A stretch of DNA of 64,000 bases, taken from Eledone cirrhosa. Its lineage: Eukaryota. Numbering within the stretch: position 1 is the first letter of the stretch; each line of letters opens with the position of its first letter. Under the pieces are notes generated by a model that did no database searches, was not told where the DNA came from, and saw only the letters and a program-made list of their open reading frames with translations. The stretch lies in the NCBI GenBank assembly GCA_964016885.1, contig OZ024741.1, positions 191,208,001-191,272,000 on the forward strand. Reading direction: 5' to 3'. The position numbers and the translations under genes were made by a program. Shown here piece after piece: positions 1 through 12,809 of this stretch.

Positions 1-435
1 GAGTACATTATCAGGATTAAGAGGTTGCTGTCTTCTAATTGTTTTTTAAGTTTAAGTTTAAGTTTATTGTCCCACCATACAATGAATAGGTTAGCTATGT
101 CACCTGCAATGCTAACACCAATGGCTGCTCCTTCCTCTTGGGCATATGTTTTTCCATTAAATTTGAACATATGTTCATTAAGGGTTAATTTTATACTGGC
201 CCCCACCGCATGTGCAATCATTTTCTTTAGTTCATCGTGGTTTTCGGGGGTCCGTATGGCTCTGGTCCACCCGTTCCATCTTTCTGTGTGGGTTTTCTTG
301 GCCATTGAGGTAATGGTAGGTGGTCTGCCTCTTGCTGGTCTTGTAGGGCACAGGTTGCTAAGGTCATATGATTCTAGATAATCATTACTATAGGTAAGTT
401 TAAGTAGGAGTCCCAGCTCACTGGTATCAATCCCA
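1..435 (-). mobile_element. Penelope-like element, inverted arm encoding part of the reverse transcriptase; runs off the window edge
   Basis: Minus strand reads ...LTLNEHMFKFNGKTYAQEEGAAIGVSIAGDIANLFIVWWD..., the PLE RT 'Q..G..MG' region. Bases 1-56 are the reverse complement of 436-491 with 3 mismatches. Confidence 0.8.
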
Positions 436-735
436 CTTAAACTTAAAAAACAATTAGAAAACAGCAACCTCTTAACCCTGATAAAGTACTCCCGCTACGT
501 TGATGATATAAACATCGTAGTAAAAACACCCGCACTAGAGAACAGTCAGGAATTAGAGAAAAACACCATGGAAAGCATCCAGCAAATAGCTAACTCCATC
601 CACCAGAGTATTAGAGTTACTATAGACTACCCAAGCAAACACCCCAACCATTGATTACCTGTACTAGACACAGAGCTCTGGTTAGAAACCATTAATAACA
701 AAAAACAAATCCTCCATTCCCATTATGCCAAACCC

Positions 736-1626
736 ATGACTTCCAAATATCTGATCCACCGAAACTCAGCTGTTTCGGATCACACCAAAATCAACATACT
801 GATTGCGGATTTGGTACGGGTGATGAGAAACGTGTCCCGCATGTGCAACCCCAAAGAACTAGAGAGACACATACAACACTTCATCCACCGTATGCAGTTC
901 TCTGGTTACAATCAGAGAGATAAAATCAGAGTATATAGAGGAGCCAGAACCAAATGGGAAAAAATGGTAAATAATGATACAAATGGGACCTGCCCCTTGT
1001 ATAGGAGCAAATTTTGGAATAGAATAGAAAGAACTAGGAATAAGGTTAATAGAATAAACTCATGGTATGATAGCAATAAATACCAGAGTGTAATGTTCAT
1101 CAATACAACCCCTAGAGGGGAATTAGCTTACAAATTTAGAAGGGCCCTAGATAAACATAAACTTAATATTAAGATAGTAGAAAGACCAGGTACCTCCATA
1201 AAAACACTTATTAGCAATATATACCCTTTTCAAAGACCTCCCTGTATAGATAAGAAATGCATAATCTGTAAACTAAGCCCCCATATTAACTGTAAAACTA
1301 GAAATGTAGTATATAGCATAAGATGTACTGAAGGACAATGTAAAGATAAGAATATAGTGTACATAGGTGAGACAGCTCGTAGTATAGGAGAACGGTTAAA
1401 TGAACACCGGCGAGAACTTCAAGATAAAAAAGAATCATCAATACTCCACCAACATGCTAAAATAGAACATAAGGGAAAATTAGAGAAAATAGAAATAAAA
1501 ATAGAATCCACACACAGAAAAGATGCAATGTTTAGACAAATCACAGAGGCAATAAACATAAATGAACTCCAACCAAAATTAAATAGAAAACATGAATGGA
1601 ATAGCAACATCACAACTTACAATTAA
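736..1626 (+). pseudogene. Penelope-like RT thumb plus GIY-YIG endonuclease ORF fragment
   Basis: 296-aa ORF with VVYSIRC/YIGET/RLNEH and C-terminal EAI..INELQPKLN, typical of PLE endonucleases. Confidence 0.85.
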
Positions 1627-1824
1627 GGACAAAATGAAAACACACACACACATAGAACAAACAACCAACCAGTAACATGTAAATAAACAAATAAATAAAC
1701 AAATAAAAACACACACAGACAGCCGGATGTAACACATGCGCAAACTAAGCACACAACACACACAAAAACAAGATGTCGTAGGACAGAACAAAGGAGAGGC
1801 ACAAAACAAAGAAAAGAATCCCCA

Positions 1825-1867
1825 GTCACTGAAGAGGTCACAGAATGTGTGACGAAAGAACTTTGAC
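1825..1867 (+). ncRNA. Minimal type I hammerhead ribozyme (PLE terminus)
   Basis: gtca-CTGAAGA-g-gtcaca(gaatg)tgtgac-GAAA-gaac-TT-tgac: 4-bp stem I, perfect 6-bp stem II, very short stem III. Confidence 0.75.
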
Positions 1868-2015
1868 AATATATGAACAACCGTCCAGTTATGGAACCAA
1901 CCAACCAACCGGAAATTTATAAATTCTTAAATTTATAAATTTAATTTATAATAAATTGGAGTGAAAGCAACTGGTGCGTGTGTTTCTTATTGGCAACATG
2001 ACCCTCCCAAAGTAT

Positions 2016-2071
<56 letters not shown>

Positions 2072-2113
2072 CTTCAAAATATTAATAAATATAGACATTC
2101 ATGTGATCAAATA

Positions 2114-2165
2114 TATTTTATTATACATATTTCAGGGGTACTGAGCTATTTCATCAGATAAAATA
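2114..2165 (-). ncRNA. Degenerate hammerhead ribozyme
   Basis: Minus strand tattttat-CTGATGA-17 nt-GAAA-tatgta-TA-ataaaata: 8-bp stem I and near-palindromic stem III, but stem II pairs poorly. Confidence 0.45.
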
Positions 2166-2253
2166 AGTTGATGCCTGACATACCTTGACTATGTTGATGG
2201 TTATAATTTAGTCATGGCAGTGATTAGTTATATTCATCATCATCATCATCATC

Positions 2254-4880
2254 GTTTAACGTCCATTTTCCACACTAGCATGGGTCTGGACGGGAATTGT
2301 CCCACTTGAGGCAAGATTGGTTATCTTGCTCAGGACTGTCTGGCGGGTTTTCTACGGCTGGATGCCCTTCCTAACACCAACCACGTTTACAGTGTGGACT
2401 GGGAGGTTTTTACCGTGTTACCTACACGGCCACATTACAGCGTAGACTGTGTGTTTTATTGTCGTGACACCTACACGACCTCATTTGTTTTGGACTGGAT
2501 GTTGTGGTACCAACATAACTTCACATTTAAGGGGGAGGTGTGGATGGGGTGGGGGTAGTGGGATGGGGTGTATTTTGTTAAGAGGTGCCTACTGACTGTA
2601 GGTTTCGCTTTATACTTAGGCAAGGCGGGTCTTCTGTATAACTGTGTAGCGCCAAAGATCTCGGTCCAGTGACATTGTCTTGGAGAGGTGTAAGTGTGTG
2701 AGGTCGGAATTTATCAAGTCGTCCCAGGTTTTTCTGGGTCTGCCTACTCCGTGGCTACCGTCTATTTTTATCGCCCTGCACTTTTTTATACAGCTGTCGT
2801 CTTTCATGCGCATCACGTGACCATACCAACGTAGTCTTCTCTCGAGTAAACACCATGTCATCCCTCTTATTTCTAATTTCTCCCTTAGTTCGTTTATGCT
2901 TTGCCGTTCACGTATATTACTATTACACATCCAGCGGAGCATGCAAGCTTCGTTTCTCTCCAGTCTGCATATATCCTCTGCACACAATGCCCAGGTCTCA
3001 CTGCCATGTAACATTGCTGTTCGTATGCAGGCATCATACAGTCTGCTTTTCATTTTTAGAAAGAACCCTTTAGCGGCCAATAGTGGTATAAGCTCTCTGA
3101 ACTTTTTCCATCCCGTTCTGACTCTAGCTACTGTACTTTCAGAGCACCCTCCTCCACTGCTGATTTTGTCACCCAGGTAACGGAAGCTGTTCACTATTTC
3201 TATAGAACCATCTGTGCAATGGAAGGAGCTAGTATTTTGTTGGCACTTGCTGCTACTTATTGCACCAGAACACCGGCCACATATAAAATCTATATTCTTA
3301 GTTAGCTTACCTGTGATCCCACTATATCTTTTATGCACCCATACTTTGCATTTGGGACATAAAATGGAGTTTCTGCCTACTCCTTTCCTACACACTGAGC
3401 ATGGCCATTTCCCAGATGGGACTGGTGCCCTATTTTCCTTCCTACAAACTATAACTTTAGTCATAGACAAGTTAACTTTAAGGCCTTTTGATTCTAGGCC
3501 ATGCTTCCATGTTTGGAATTTCTTCTCTAGTTCAGCCATTGATTCAGCTATGAGTGTTAGATCATCTGCATATAGGAGTTCCCATGGGCAGCTGGTCTTG
3601 AACTCCTCTGTTATAACCTGAAGGGCAATAATAAATAGTAGGGGGCTAAGGACGGAGCCCTGATGAACACCAACTTTTACGCTAAACTCTTCACTATATT
3701 CGTTGTTAATTCTAACCTTGCTGACTGTTTCTTTATACATGGCTTGTATAGCTCTCACAAGCCATTCATCAACACCTAGTTTTCTAAGGGCCCACCAGAT
3801 AATCGAGCGGGGTACTCTGTCAAAGGCTTTCTCCTAGTCAACAAAGGCTAAGTATAGGGGTTTACTTTTAGCTAGGTACTTCTCCTGTAGTTGTCGTACA
3901 ATGAAGAGAGCGTCTGTTGTACTTTTACCTGACACAAACCCGAACTGCATTTCGTCTAGATCAATTCGCTCTCTGATTACTTTTTCTGTGACCTTCATGA
4001 CCTGGTCAATTAATTTAATGCCTCTATAGTTTCCCCTATCTAGGGCATCACCTTTACCCTTGTAGCAGTTAATGATGATGCTGCTGCGCCAGTCCTTCGG
4101 AACGACCCCATTCTGTATGACTTGGTTTACTATCCGAGTGACCATAGTGTGTCCCACCGTTCCGGATGCTTTCAGCATTTCAGCAACTATTTCCGAAAGC
4201 CCAGCCGCCTTGCCCGTCTTCATGTCTTTGATCGCCTTACTTATTATACTACCTTCAACTTGCACTGCTGGTCCCTCTATTGGGTTGATGTGGGGGAGAC
4301 TGTCTTTCTCCCAATTATTCTCCTCATTTAGTAGCCTTTCGTGGTGACACTTCCAAGCTACCTTCTTATCAGCATCAGTGATGGCAAGTACACCATCATC
4401 ATTAAGGACACACTTCTCCCCGACAATATCACTGTTTTCCTTGATACATTGCCTAACAATCCTGAACACCTCACATTTTTGGTCCTCGCGTTGTAGAACA
4501 TGCTTGAACTTTCTTTCCTCTGCTTCCCTTCTTGCGAAGTACACTTGTCTCCTAGCTTCCCTCCTGGCCACTTGATAGTCTTCTCTACTTCCCCCATCCC
4601 GCCATGCATTCCAAGCCTGCTTTTTGGCCTTGATTGACCCCTCCACCTTACTGTTCCGCCACCAAGTTACTCTCCTCCTGCCTATAGGTCTGCTCTAGCC
4701 ACAGGTTTCATCTGTCATGTTCAGCAGGTTAGCTTTCAGGGGTGGGGTCTTTTAACTTCCATATTTTTCTCCTGAGGATAGTCCTCTTCTGTTGTCGAGT
4801 ACGTCTCGTCCTGACTATGAGGTCGCTAATTATGAGTCTATGTTGAGAGGTGCATTCTTCATGGGGGAGGGATTTAGTGT
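2254..4880 (-). mobile_element. RTE-clade LINE, 5'-truncated, with PHD-like Cys region; (CAT)n tail at about 2236-2253
   Basis: ORFs 3834-4646 and 2616-3758 contain NYRGIKL, QFGF, LAFVD, GVHQGSVLSP, LLYADD, WVHKR and GRPRKTW. Closely matches the copy at 52-55 kb. Confidence 0.92.
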
Positions 4881-4899
4881 TATATATATATATAATTAT

Positions 4900-5021
4900 A
4901 TATCGGCCTGCCTGTCCACCCAGTGGGATGGCGTTATCTTTTATGGCTAAAACAGCACGACGTGCTGTGACCAGCGGCGCCGATTGGCGCCCGACAGTCT
5001 GGTCGGTCAAGGTGATCAAGG
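4900..5021 (+). mobile_element. GC-rich repeat fragment, probably a SINE 3' part
   Basis: Isolated 120-bp GC-rich island with hairpins (cagcacgacgtgctg, ggcgccgattggcgcc) between TA tracts. Family not assignable here. Confidence 0.35.
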
Positions 5022-5103
5022 TAATATACATATATACATATATATATATTCATATATATACATATATATATATACATATATATTCATATATATACATATA
5101 TAC

Positions 5104-5181
<78 letters not shown>

Positions 5182-5561
5182 GTATGACTACGCCTACGAC
5201 CATGTCGACTACCACCACTAACAACAACAACAACAATAATAATAATAAAAGTGATGTTGATGATGATGATTACTGAAGATTTTTTATAAAAACTCTAGAA
5301 AATTCTATTTTCATCATTTCTAAAAATAGCAAAACAATTCATGCTTTGGACAGGGTCAAATAGAAGTCGTTAGATATGCTCAACAAACCGTGACGCCTAA
5401 ACCAATCAGCTTTCGTAATCTAGTGAAACTACACACCGATTGGTCGAAATACAGTTTGCAAAACTTACCATTCTGTAGCCCCTTTTTACTGTATATAAGA
5501 CACCGAATTTACCCATCTCATTACAGTTGAATATTGCAAACTTGACTGTCACTACTGAATA

Positions 5562-5600
5562 TGAACCTGAAGATTGCGAAAGCATGAAAGTACTTGTTCA
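5562..5600 (+). ncRNA. Minimal type I hammerhead ribozyme with palindromic stem III
   Basis: tgaac-CTGAAGA-t-tgc(gaaa)gca-t-GAAA-gtac-TT-gttca: 5-bp stem I, GNRA-capped stem II, palindrome AAGTACTT. Confidence 0.8.
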
Positions 5601-5854
5601 ATTAACACTTAGCATTTAATATTCTACCATACTATTTCATTATAATATCATTATAATTTTAAAGGATTGTAAATAAAAAGAGTAAATCAGACAAAGTTGG
5701 AATTCCTTTTATTAATATAATCTTCTATACACAATCATACACACCCGTGTATATTTATTTATCATCACCATCATTTCACGTCCGCTTTTCCCTGCTTGTA
5801 AGGGTATATATATATATATATAGGGTATATATATCATCATCATTTCATCATTTC

Positions 5855-6228
5855 ATTTTACGTCCCCTTTTCCCTGCTTGCAAGGGTGGGACGGGAACTG
5901 ATTCTGGCTTGATTTCTACAGCTGGATGCTCTTCCTAACACCAACCTCATTTACAGTGAGTGCTGGGTGCTTTTTTTCCGTGGCGCCTACACGTCCACTT
6001 TACAGTGTGGGCTGGGTGCTTTTTTGCCGTGGCACCTCCACGACCACTTTGCAGTGGAATGATAGGGACTGGGGTCCCTATCATCTCATTTCTACAGCTG
6101 AGTAAACTGGAGCAATGTGAAATAAAGTGTCTTGCTCAAGGAAACAACACATCACCCGGTCTGAGAATTGAACTCACAACCTTTTGATTGCAAGGCCAAT
6201 GCTCTAACCACTAAGCCATGTGCCTCCA
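5855..6228 (-). mobile_element. tRNA-derived SINE with CORE-like centre and RTE-like 3' tail
   Basis: Minus strand starts ggaggcacatggcttagtggttagagc (A box), then gagttcaattc (B box) and ccttgagcaagacacttta. Tail resembles RTE 3' UTRs in the window. Near-identical copies at 17985 and 38470. Confidence 0.85.
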
Positions 6229-6289
6229 TATATATATATATATATCCAATACATCCATATATATATCCATATGCATAGAAGTCCTGAGT

Positions 6290-6760
6290 ATGGACACTAA
6301 AAGATGTTCCAACAACGAACTCCAGATAACAAATTTCAGAACTGTTACTGTCAACGCTAACACAGTGAAATATGAAATATAGAGCAAGTGAAATTGTAGA
6401 GATGATGAAATGGAACTAGGTAGATGTATGTTGTGTGTACAAGAGGTGAATCAGATAGACTCCAGACTCCTTACAAACTGCTCTGGATACTTAACAATTC
6501 AGAGTAGAGAGTGAATAAAACAAGTGACAGAATTTGAAACTTAGATTAGTTGTAGGCAATATGACAAGAACTATTATCTTCACTTATACACGACTATTAG
6601 GACTGACCAATGAGCAAATGTATCAGTTTAATGAGGACCCTTTGAAGACCCCCTGTGGTATTGAATAGCAGCGACTTCGTCATCATGGCATTTGACCTAA
6701 TTGGACAGCATCAGGATGACTATTATGTAATATAAGGTGGCTGTGGCTACATACTGAGAA
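6290..6760 (+). mobile_element. Highly degenerate RTE AP-endonuclease fragment
   Basis: Patchy similarity to 52140-52640 (gtagagatg, gatgtatgttg, caagag, gacctaa...ggaca) with many stops. Confidence 0.45.
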
Positions 6761-7009
6761 ATAAAGATAATAGTTTTTGTTGCATTTCCTACAACTAGTT
6801 GAAATATAAAACTTCTGTTACATACTTAATCCATTTCTCTGACATACCTGCACTGACAACCTCTGAACTATCCGTAAGAGTTTGTACCAGTGTTCTTTTT
6901 CTGTTAGGAGTCTAGTCGTGCCTCCTAATGTACAGACATCATATATCTATCAGTCTCCACTCATCATCTCTACAAGTTCACTCACTAGGTAATTTCATCA
7001 CAGGATTCA

Positions 7010-7770
7010 CATTACATTACCACATTACCACATTACTACATTAACACATTACCACATTACTACATTACCACATTACATTACTACATTACCACACTACTAC
7101 ATTACCATATTACCACATTACCACACTACTACATTACCACATTACATTACCACATTACCACATTACCATATTACCACATTACCACATTACATTACTACAT
7201 TACCACACTACTACATTACCATATTACCACATTACCACACTACTACATTACCACATTACATTACCACATTACCACATTACCATATTACCACATTACGACA
7301 CTACTACATTACCATATTACATTACCACATTACCACATTACAACATTACCACACTACTACATTACCACATTACCACAATACATTACCACATTACCACACT
7401 ACTACATTACCACATTACCCCACTACTACATTACCACATTACCACATTGCAACACTATTTTATTACTACATTACCACATTACAACATTACCACATTACAA
7501 CATTACCATATTACCACATTAAAACATTACCACATTACATTAAAACATTACCACATTACACTACCACATTACCTCACTACTACATTACCACATTACAACA
7601 TTACCACACTTCTACATTACCACATTACCACATTACCACATTACAACATTACCACATTACATTACTGCATTACCACATTACAACATTACCACATTACATT
7701 ACCACATTACCATATTATTACGTTACCACATTATTACATTACCACATTGCCACATTACTACATGACCATG
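7010..7770. repeat. Minisatellite of (ACCACATT)n with CATTA/CTA variants
   Basis: About 760 bp of ccacatta, acattacatt and cactactacatt units seen directly. Confidence 0.95.
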
Positions 7771-8039
7771 TTACTACAATTACCCATATCACAGTATTCT
7801 AATAATTTCATCCGTACAGTATATCAAATGGACTTTCTAGAAAGCAATGTGTTATCTTTGTAAGTGAAGTGCTACCTAATGAAATCTAAACAAAATTCCT
7901 AGAAGGTTTAATGTCAGTTATTTGATATTTGTATTTCCTGTCTGATGGTAATTAGTGTTAATCCAATGATACCCTTCAGTTTTCACACCTGATAAATTCT
8001 TGAGCTCATATCAAAAATATACACTTTTTACTATCATAC

Positions 8040-8570
8040 GTGTAACTTATTTCTCAAAGTGAGAAGGGACAAACCAATATCCATTATATATTAGTATATA
8101 AATAGGTAATTCCAAATCAAATATGTTAAACCTCACAGCTGCATGATCTCAGAATGAAATATGAAAATTAGAATATAGTGTATTTTCAAAACTTATGCCC
8201 AAAAGTACAAGCAGCATATATAGATATCTGCTAGAAAATGTAATGCAACCTCAGAAAGTTGAGTTATCATCAGGAAAGGACAGATTAGCAGAGGTGAAGA
8301 TTAGAAGAGGAATTTTTCAAGGTGAAACATCACTTCCATAATAGCTCTAATCTCATTGTTGATTATTTTAAACAAAACTAAGGAAGGATATTCACTAGGC
8401 AAGAATGGGGGAGAAATGAATCCCCCTCCTTTTTATGGGTGTCAAAGACAAGAATCAACTGGATTCTTAGGAACAGGAAGCAAGGAAGTTGCTTACGATG
8501 TACAAAAGCATGCACCCTCAATTGGGTGTTGATTGATTATAGTAGAAAGGAGCTGTAGGAGAAAGGGGTT
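8040..8570 (+). mobile_element. Degenerate R4/Dong-type RT fragment
   Basis: attagaagaggaatttttcaaggt encodes IRRGIFQG; other patches parallel the 26-28 kb element. Confidence 0.55.
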
Positions 8571-8599
8571 AATGAGAACACCCCACCACCTATTGTTGA

Positions 8600-10560
8600 C
8601 GACCGCTCCCTGTCAACATATACTTAACTAAAGTGGTAACCTGGTCCCTGTAACCTTTACATGCCAGGAATGATATTTTCAGCTTCCAGTAACTGGGTTC
8701 TAGCCTATGAGTTCTATCTAGGTTGACCATGCAGATCACAAATTTGTGAGCGTTTGGATATATGGACAACCTATACTATCTTTATCTACTGTCCTAATAA
8801 AAAACCTATCTATATGACCCTATGCAGTTGATCCAGGTCCACACTGGTACATTAGGGAAATCTAGTCAGTACCTGTCAACTAGTTGGAACTGGCTGATCA
8901 GGTACTTGAGACTTTTGCACCCTCCACTTCTATCAGCTACTCCCACACAATCCCAGTGTGCATTTAAGATGCCAATCCAGTCCCCCACAAACAATAAAGA
9001 GTGAGACATTCCAAGAAAGACTTCTAGGCACCTACAAAGTCCAGGCATCTGGCACTGGTCAGGGCATAGACGTCTAGGACCACCAATTTACCATCTAGGT
9101 CCAGGAAGATCATCCTTACCTTGAGGCCCAGGCCTTTCCTAAATAGCACTGCCACCCCACCGTCTATTTCAGCCAACTAAGAGATGCAAAAATTTGATAG
9201 TCATTGAAAATGGAGGTCAGTACGCATGTGTCAGAAATCCTGGTCTCGCTGACAGCAGTGACATCCATATCTAGTAATCTGAGGTCGAGCAAGCAACCCT
9301 GCTTCCAGGACAACCACAATGGCCATGAACATTCAAGCATCCTACTCTTAAGATGGCCATGTTGGCTGGTTAAACAAGAGAGGAAAGGTTTACTTACCTA
9401 CCAGGGCCTTGTGGAGGTGATTTGACTTCCATTTCTGGTTGATGGGGTTCCTTTTTTGGAACCCTTTTAAAAGCCTACTCCAGGTGTTTACACTAGGGGT
9501 CCCCACATTGTAGTGGAAGCTCTCCCTAATATTCTTGTACATTTCTAGTGGCAACCACACCATCAAAAGTGTTTGGGGTACTTTGAAGGTGCAGGTGTTG
9601 AAAATCTTCCCCTTTTTCACAAGGTCTTGACTTTGTGTTGTGACAGCCATTAGTTTTTTGTTGCTCTTTCTCAGCACCATGAAGCTGCAAGTTTCTCTTT
9701 TTGTCTGTGGTTGTACATGTTTTTGTTTTTCTTGCAGTTGTGTCAGTGGTGTTGGTGGTAGTCATGTTTTTGTCGATGGTTGGGGTGTTGGTATTGTTGT
9801 ACATGTGTCTGTGTTTGGTGTGGGTAGGTTTGTGTACTTGTTGGTATGTATGAAGATGTATTTTTCTTTTTGTGTTTATGTTTTTTTTTTTTTTTGTGTT
9901 TTGGGGTTTCCCTCTCATTTTCACTTGGGGATGGGGAGGAACTAGTGTCTGGGGACTCTGTGTCAGAGGGGAGTGGGAGTTTGTTTATGGTTGTTTGAGT
10001 GTGCGTCTTGTTAGTGTTGTTGCTGGTGACATTGATAAGGGTACCATTGGTACCTCCTTGATTACGCACCCCAGGAGCCACCACAAGTCCAGACCTGGTG
10101 GGATCCTTGGAATGCAAACTCACACTGTCCTCCTGCCCATGTGGAATGGGTGCATGACAATGTGGTACATCGTACAAGGGGCCACTGAGTACTTTATAAC
10201 AAGGGCCTTGGATTTAAACAGTACTGAGATGGTGCCAAATTGTTTTCCCTTTGCTATATAGTCTATGTCTTCTCGGATGCATTTTAGTGCAGCCTCCACC
10301 TCAGCTTGTAGGGTTAGTTCTTCTTTGCAAGTCTGCACTGAAACGCATTGCCTTCATTGCTTCGGCCGGGATGGTTACGTTTGATCAGCTTCCATGCCTG
10401 GACCATACCTTGCTCCTTGTCCATTAAGTCCATGTGAAAACATGACTTTTATCTCACTGCCACAGCAGCAAATGTGCTCTTGTTGTTCATATTATTGTTA
10501 ATGCTGCTGTTACTGGTGCTAATTGTGTCATTGTTCACTTTGTTGTTATAATGATAGAAT
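8600..10560 (-). mobile_element. Degenerate Tx1/L1-type LINE 5' half (ORF1 and AP endonuclease)
   Basis: Minus strand LLFVGDWIGIL and GGCKSL parallel the endonuclease at 30623-31231; upstream Thr/Lys-rich ORF1-like region. Confidence 0.7.
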
Positions 10561-10794
10561 AAAACACCCAGCACGAGATGGAAACAAAACTGAACAAAAA
10601 GGAAAAACACAAATAATAATAATAATGTTGGATTTAGAGCTGACTTTCCCTGACTCAATAGAAAGTTTGTTTGCTTGACATAATGACAACCATAAGAAAG
10701 ATGCTAAATAGCTAAGGCTACATGTTGCAGCTTGCTATCCAGCAATCCAATACCAGCAGAACAACAATGAAATGCTGAGTGGAAAAAAAAAATT

Positions 10795-11000
10795 GTTTCT
10801 GATTTAGGTACAAGCTTGGAAATATGAGGAGAGAGAAATGTCGATTATATTGACTCCAGTTCTTGACTGATACTGTATTTTATCGACCTCAGAAAGATGA
10901 AAGGCAATGTTGACCTCTTCAGAATTTGGACTCAGAACATAAAGGGCCATAAATAAATGCTTCAAAGCATTTTGTCAGATGTTCTAACAATTCTGCCAAT
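10795..11000 (-). mobile_element. Meta-domain SINE, degenerate
   Basis: tttatcgacc...gatgaaaggcaa...gactcagaac is the reverse complement of the gcctttcatcc..gtcgataaaa core. Confidence 0.7.
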
Positions 11001-12287
11001 AATCATTATAATAGCAACTATGTGTTTTTATTGTTTATTTATTTAAAAAATTATTTAAAATATCATTTTTTATTTCTTTGCCATAAGGGGCACCAAACAC
11101 TCTAAAAAAACACATTAACTACACTTGTTTATCAAAAACTAATTAATATACTTGTTTTTATCTTTTGCTTTCTTTCCAAGTTTCTAGATTTATCTGAAGA
11201 TCAATTTAGTAACTTATAGAAAAATTGTACTTTCTGTATAAGACAACCCACCTTGTTTTCTTATATTTTAATTATTTCCGTTCTACTAAAGCACTTCCTT
11301 CTACATACAGGAACTTGGGTCTTTTTGGTGTTCTTCAAATATACAGTAAACACTTATCAACTACTTGATCTCTGTTATTCTAACTTGTAATGACTAATTT
11401 CCTACTAGTTAGCAAAGATCTCTTCTAACTTCTTATGTATTTCTTCATAATATTGTACGAGTGACCAAGGAAATGACTAATATTGTGTCAGGTTTTCTGG
11501 TTTCACACATACAACAAACGAAACCCACCACCAAACTATTATCTTTAAATATTTTACAGATGGAGCTAATGTGAAAATAATATTTCATCTCAACTATTTA
11601 TGATTTTCATGGAGATTTCAGAAGGGAAGGGGAAATATAATGCTTTGAAATTTGTTGTATTTTTTTTTTTTTACCAGTTTTATGTTTTAAATATATTCCA
11701 CAACAATTAGTTAATAACAATTATATATGTATTATATAGTTTGCAATGTTTGCAATGTCTTCAATCCTTTTTCTTTTCTATGTAGCAATCATCTGCTATC
11801 TACTGTCATCACAGTGTTGAATATGTTTTACTTCTGTACTATAAATTTCTCTATTATTGCTATCTTCTACTTCCATTCTTTCCCTTTTCTTTCATTCTTA
11901 ATATTTCTTTTCTCTGTCTCTTAAAATTGTGTTTTTATTATTTCTTACTGAAGAGGTTTGGCTATTTGTCTTATGAATTCAAATCATGCTATTTAGGTCG
12001 TAGACTTAATCTACTGCCTAGATTAAGACCACCATTTGGCCCTTGGTAGTTATAAAAATAACTATTGTAATAGTATTAAAAGGAATTATACCCTTTTTCA
12101 AATACTCCTCTAAAAAAAAAAAAGCTAATAGTTTTAGATTCAAAATATTTTACAAAGAGAAATTCATCAATTAATTTTCTAATGGAACTGCAGTAAATTA
12201 ACTAAGCTATGAGATTATTAAAACCTTTAAGCATTGACCCATCCAACCAAATACTTATACTATTAAAGTTATTATCTTATTAAAAAA

Positions 12288-12476
12288 TTGGTGGATTGGT
12301 AGTATCGGTAGAGGGTCGGACGCCATGCTTTCTAGCATAGTTACGTCCCTTTACGATCTGAGTTCAAATCCCGCCGAGGTTGACTTTGCCTTTCATCCTT
12401 ACGGGGTCGATAAAATAAAGTACCAGTGAGGCACTGGGTAGTTGCTGGCCTTGTGCCTAAAGTAGAAACAATTATC
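12288..12476 (+). mobile_element. Meta-domain tRNA SINE
   Basis: A/B boxes (gagttcaaatcc) followed by gactttgcctttcatccttacggggtcgataaaataaagtaccag. Confidence 0.8.
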
Positions 12477-12809
12477 TTATTAAAAAACAAAGTGCCAGTT
12501 GATGGGCAGAATTGTTAGAGCTTGAGATTACTTGGCTTACTTGGGTGGTGGACTCACTTTATTTGTTGCCTTGTTTGAAGCCATTACCGGACACTTGGGT
12601 ATGTTTAGCAGAGTCCATTCTGTTATATGCATTCAAGCCAGGTCTCCAGTTTGATGATATCTCCTCCCCTCTCTCCTCTATTCCCTCTTACCAGTCATGG
12701 ATGTCTTGAAATGGATTATTGGCACTGCCCTTCAACTCCTTGACTAATCAGTAAAAGAAAATTTTTCAATTTCACTTAATCATGCGTTCTGATTTAATCA
12801 TCATCATCA

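Larger units (their letters stand above)
436..2021 (+). mobile_element. Penelope-like retroelement, 5'-truncated: RT C-terminus, GIY-YIG endonuclease and 3' terminal region
   Basis: Frame contains RYVDD (RT catalytic motif) and LPVLD, with one stop near 651. ORF 736-1626 has a Cys-rich linker and NVVYSIRC...YIGETARSIGERLNEH (GIY-YIG). Ends in a hammerhead-bearing tail and (TA)n. Confidence 0.9.

Noticed and set aside
4850-5221. ORFs rich in YI/HT/CV dipeptides (also 17.5-18.1 kb, 22.7-23.2 kb, 36.0-36.6 kb)
   Set aside because: Translations of (TA)n/(CA)n microsatellites.
6150-6228. tRNA-like sequences (also 18280, 34030, 38820, 59200)
   Set aside because: SINE heads with A/B boxes continuing into SINE bodies, not tRNA genes.
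7447-7863. 138-aa HYHITTLP repeat ORF
   Set aside because: Translation of the octamer minisatellite; no splice or domain support.
11190-11235. CTGAAGA...GAAAaattgTA hammerhead-like spacing
   Set aside because: Neither stem I nor stem II pairs.
11945-12030. CTGAAGA followed by the hairpin cttaatcta/tagattaag
   Set aside because: No GAAA..TH half; isolated 9-bp hairpin.
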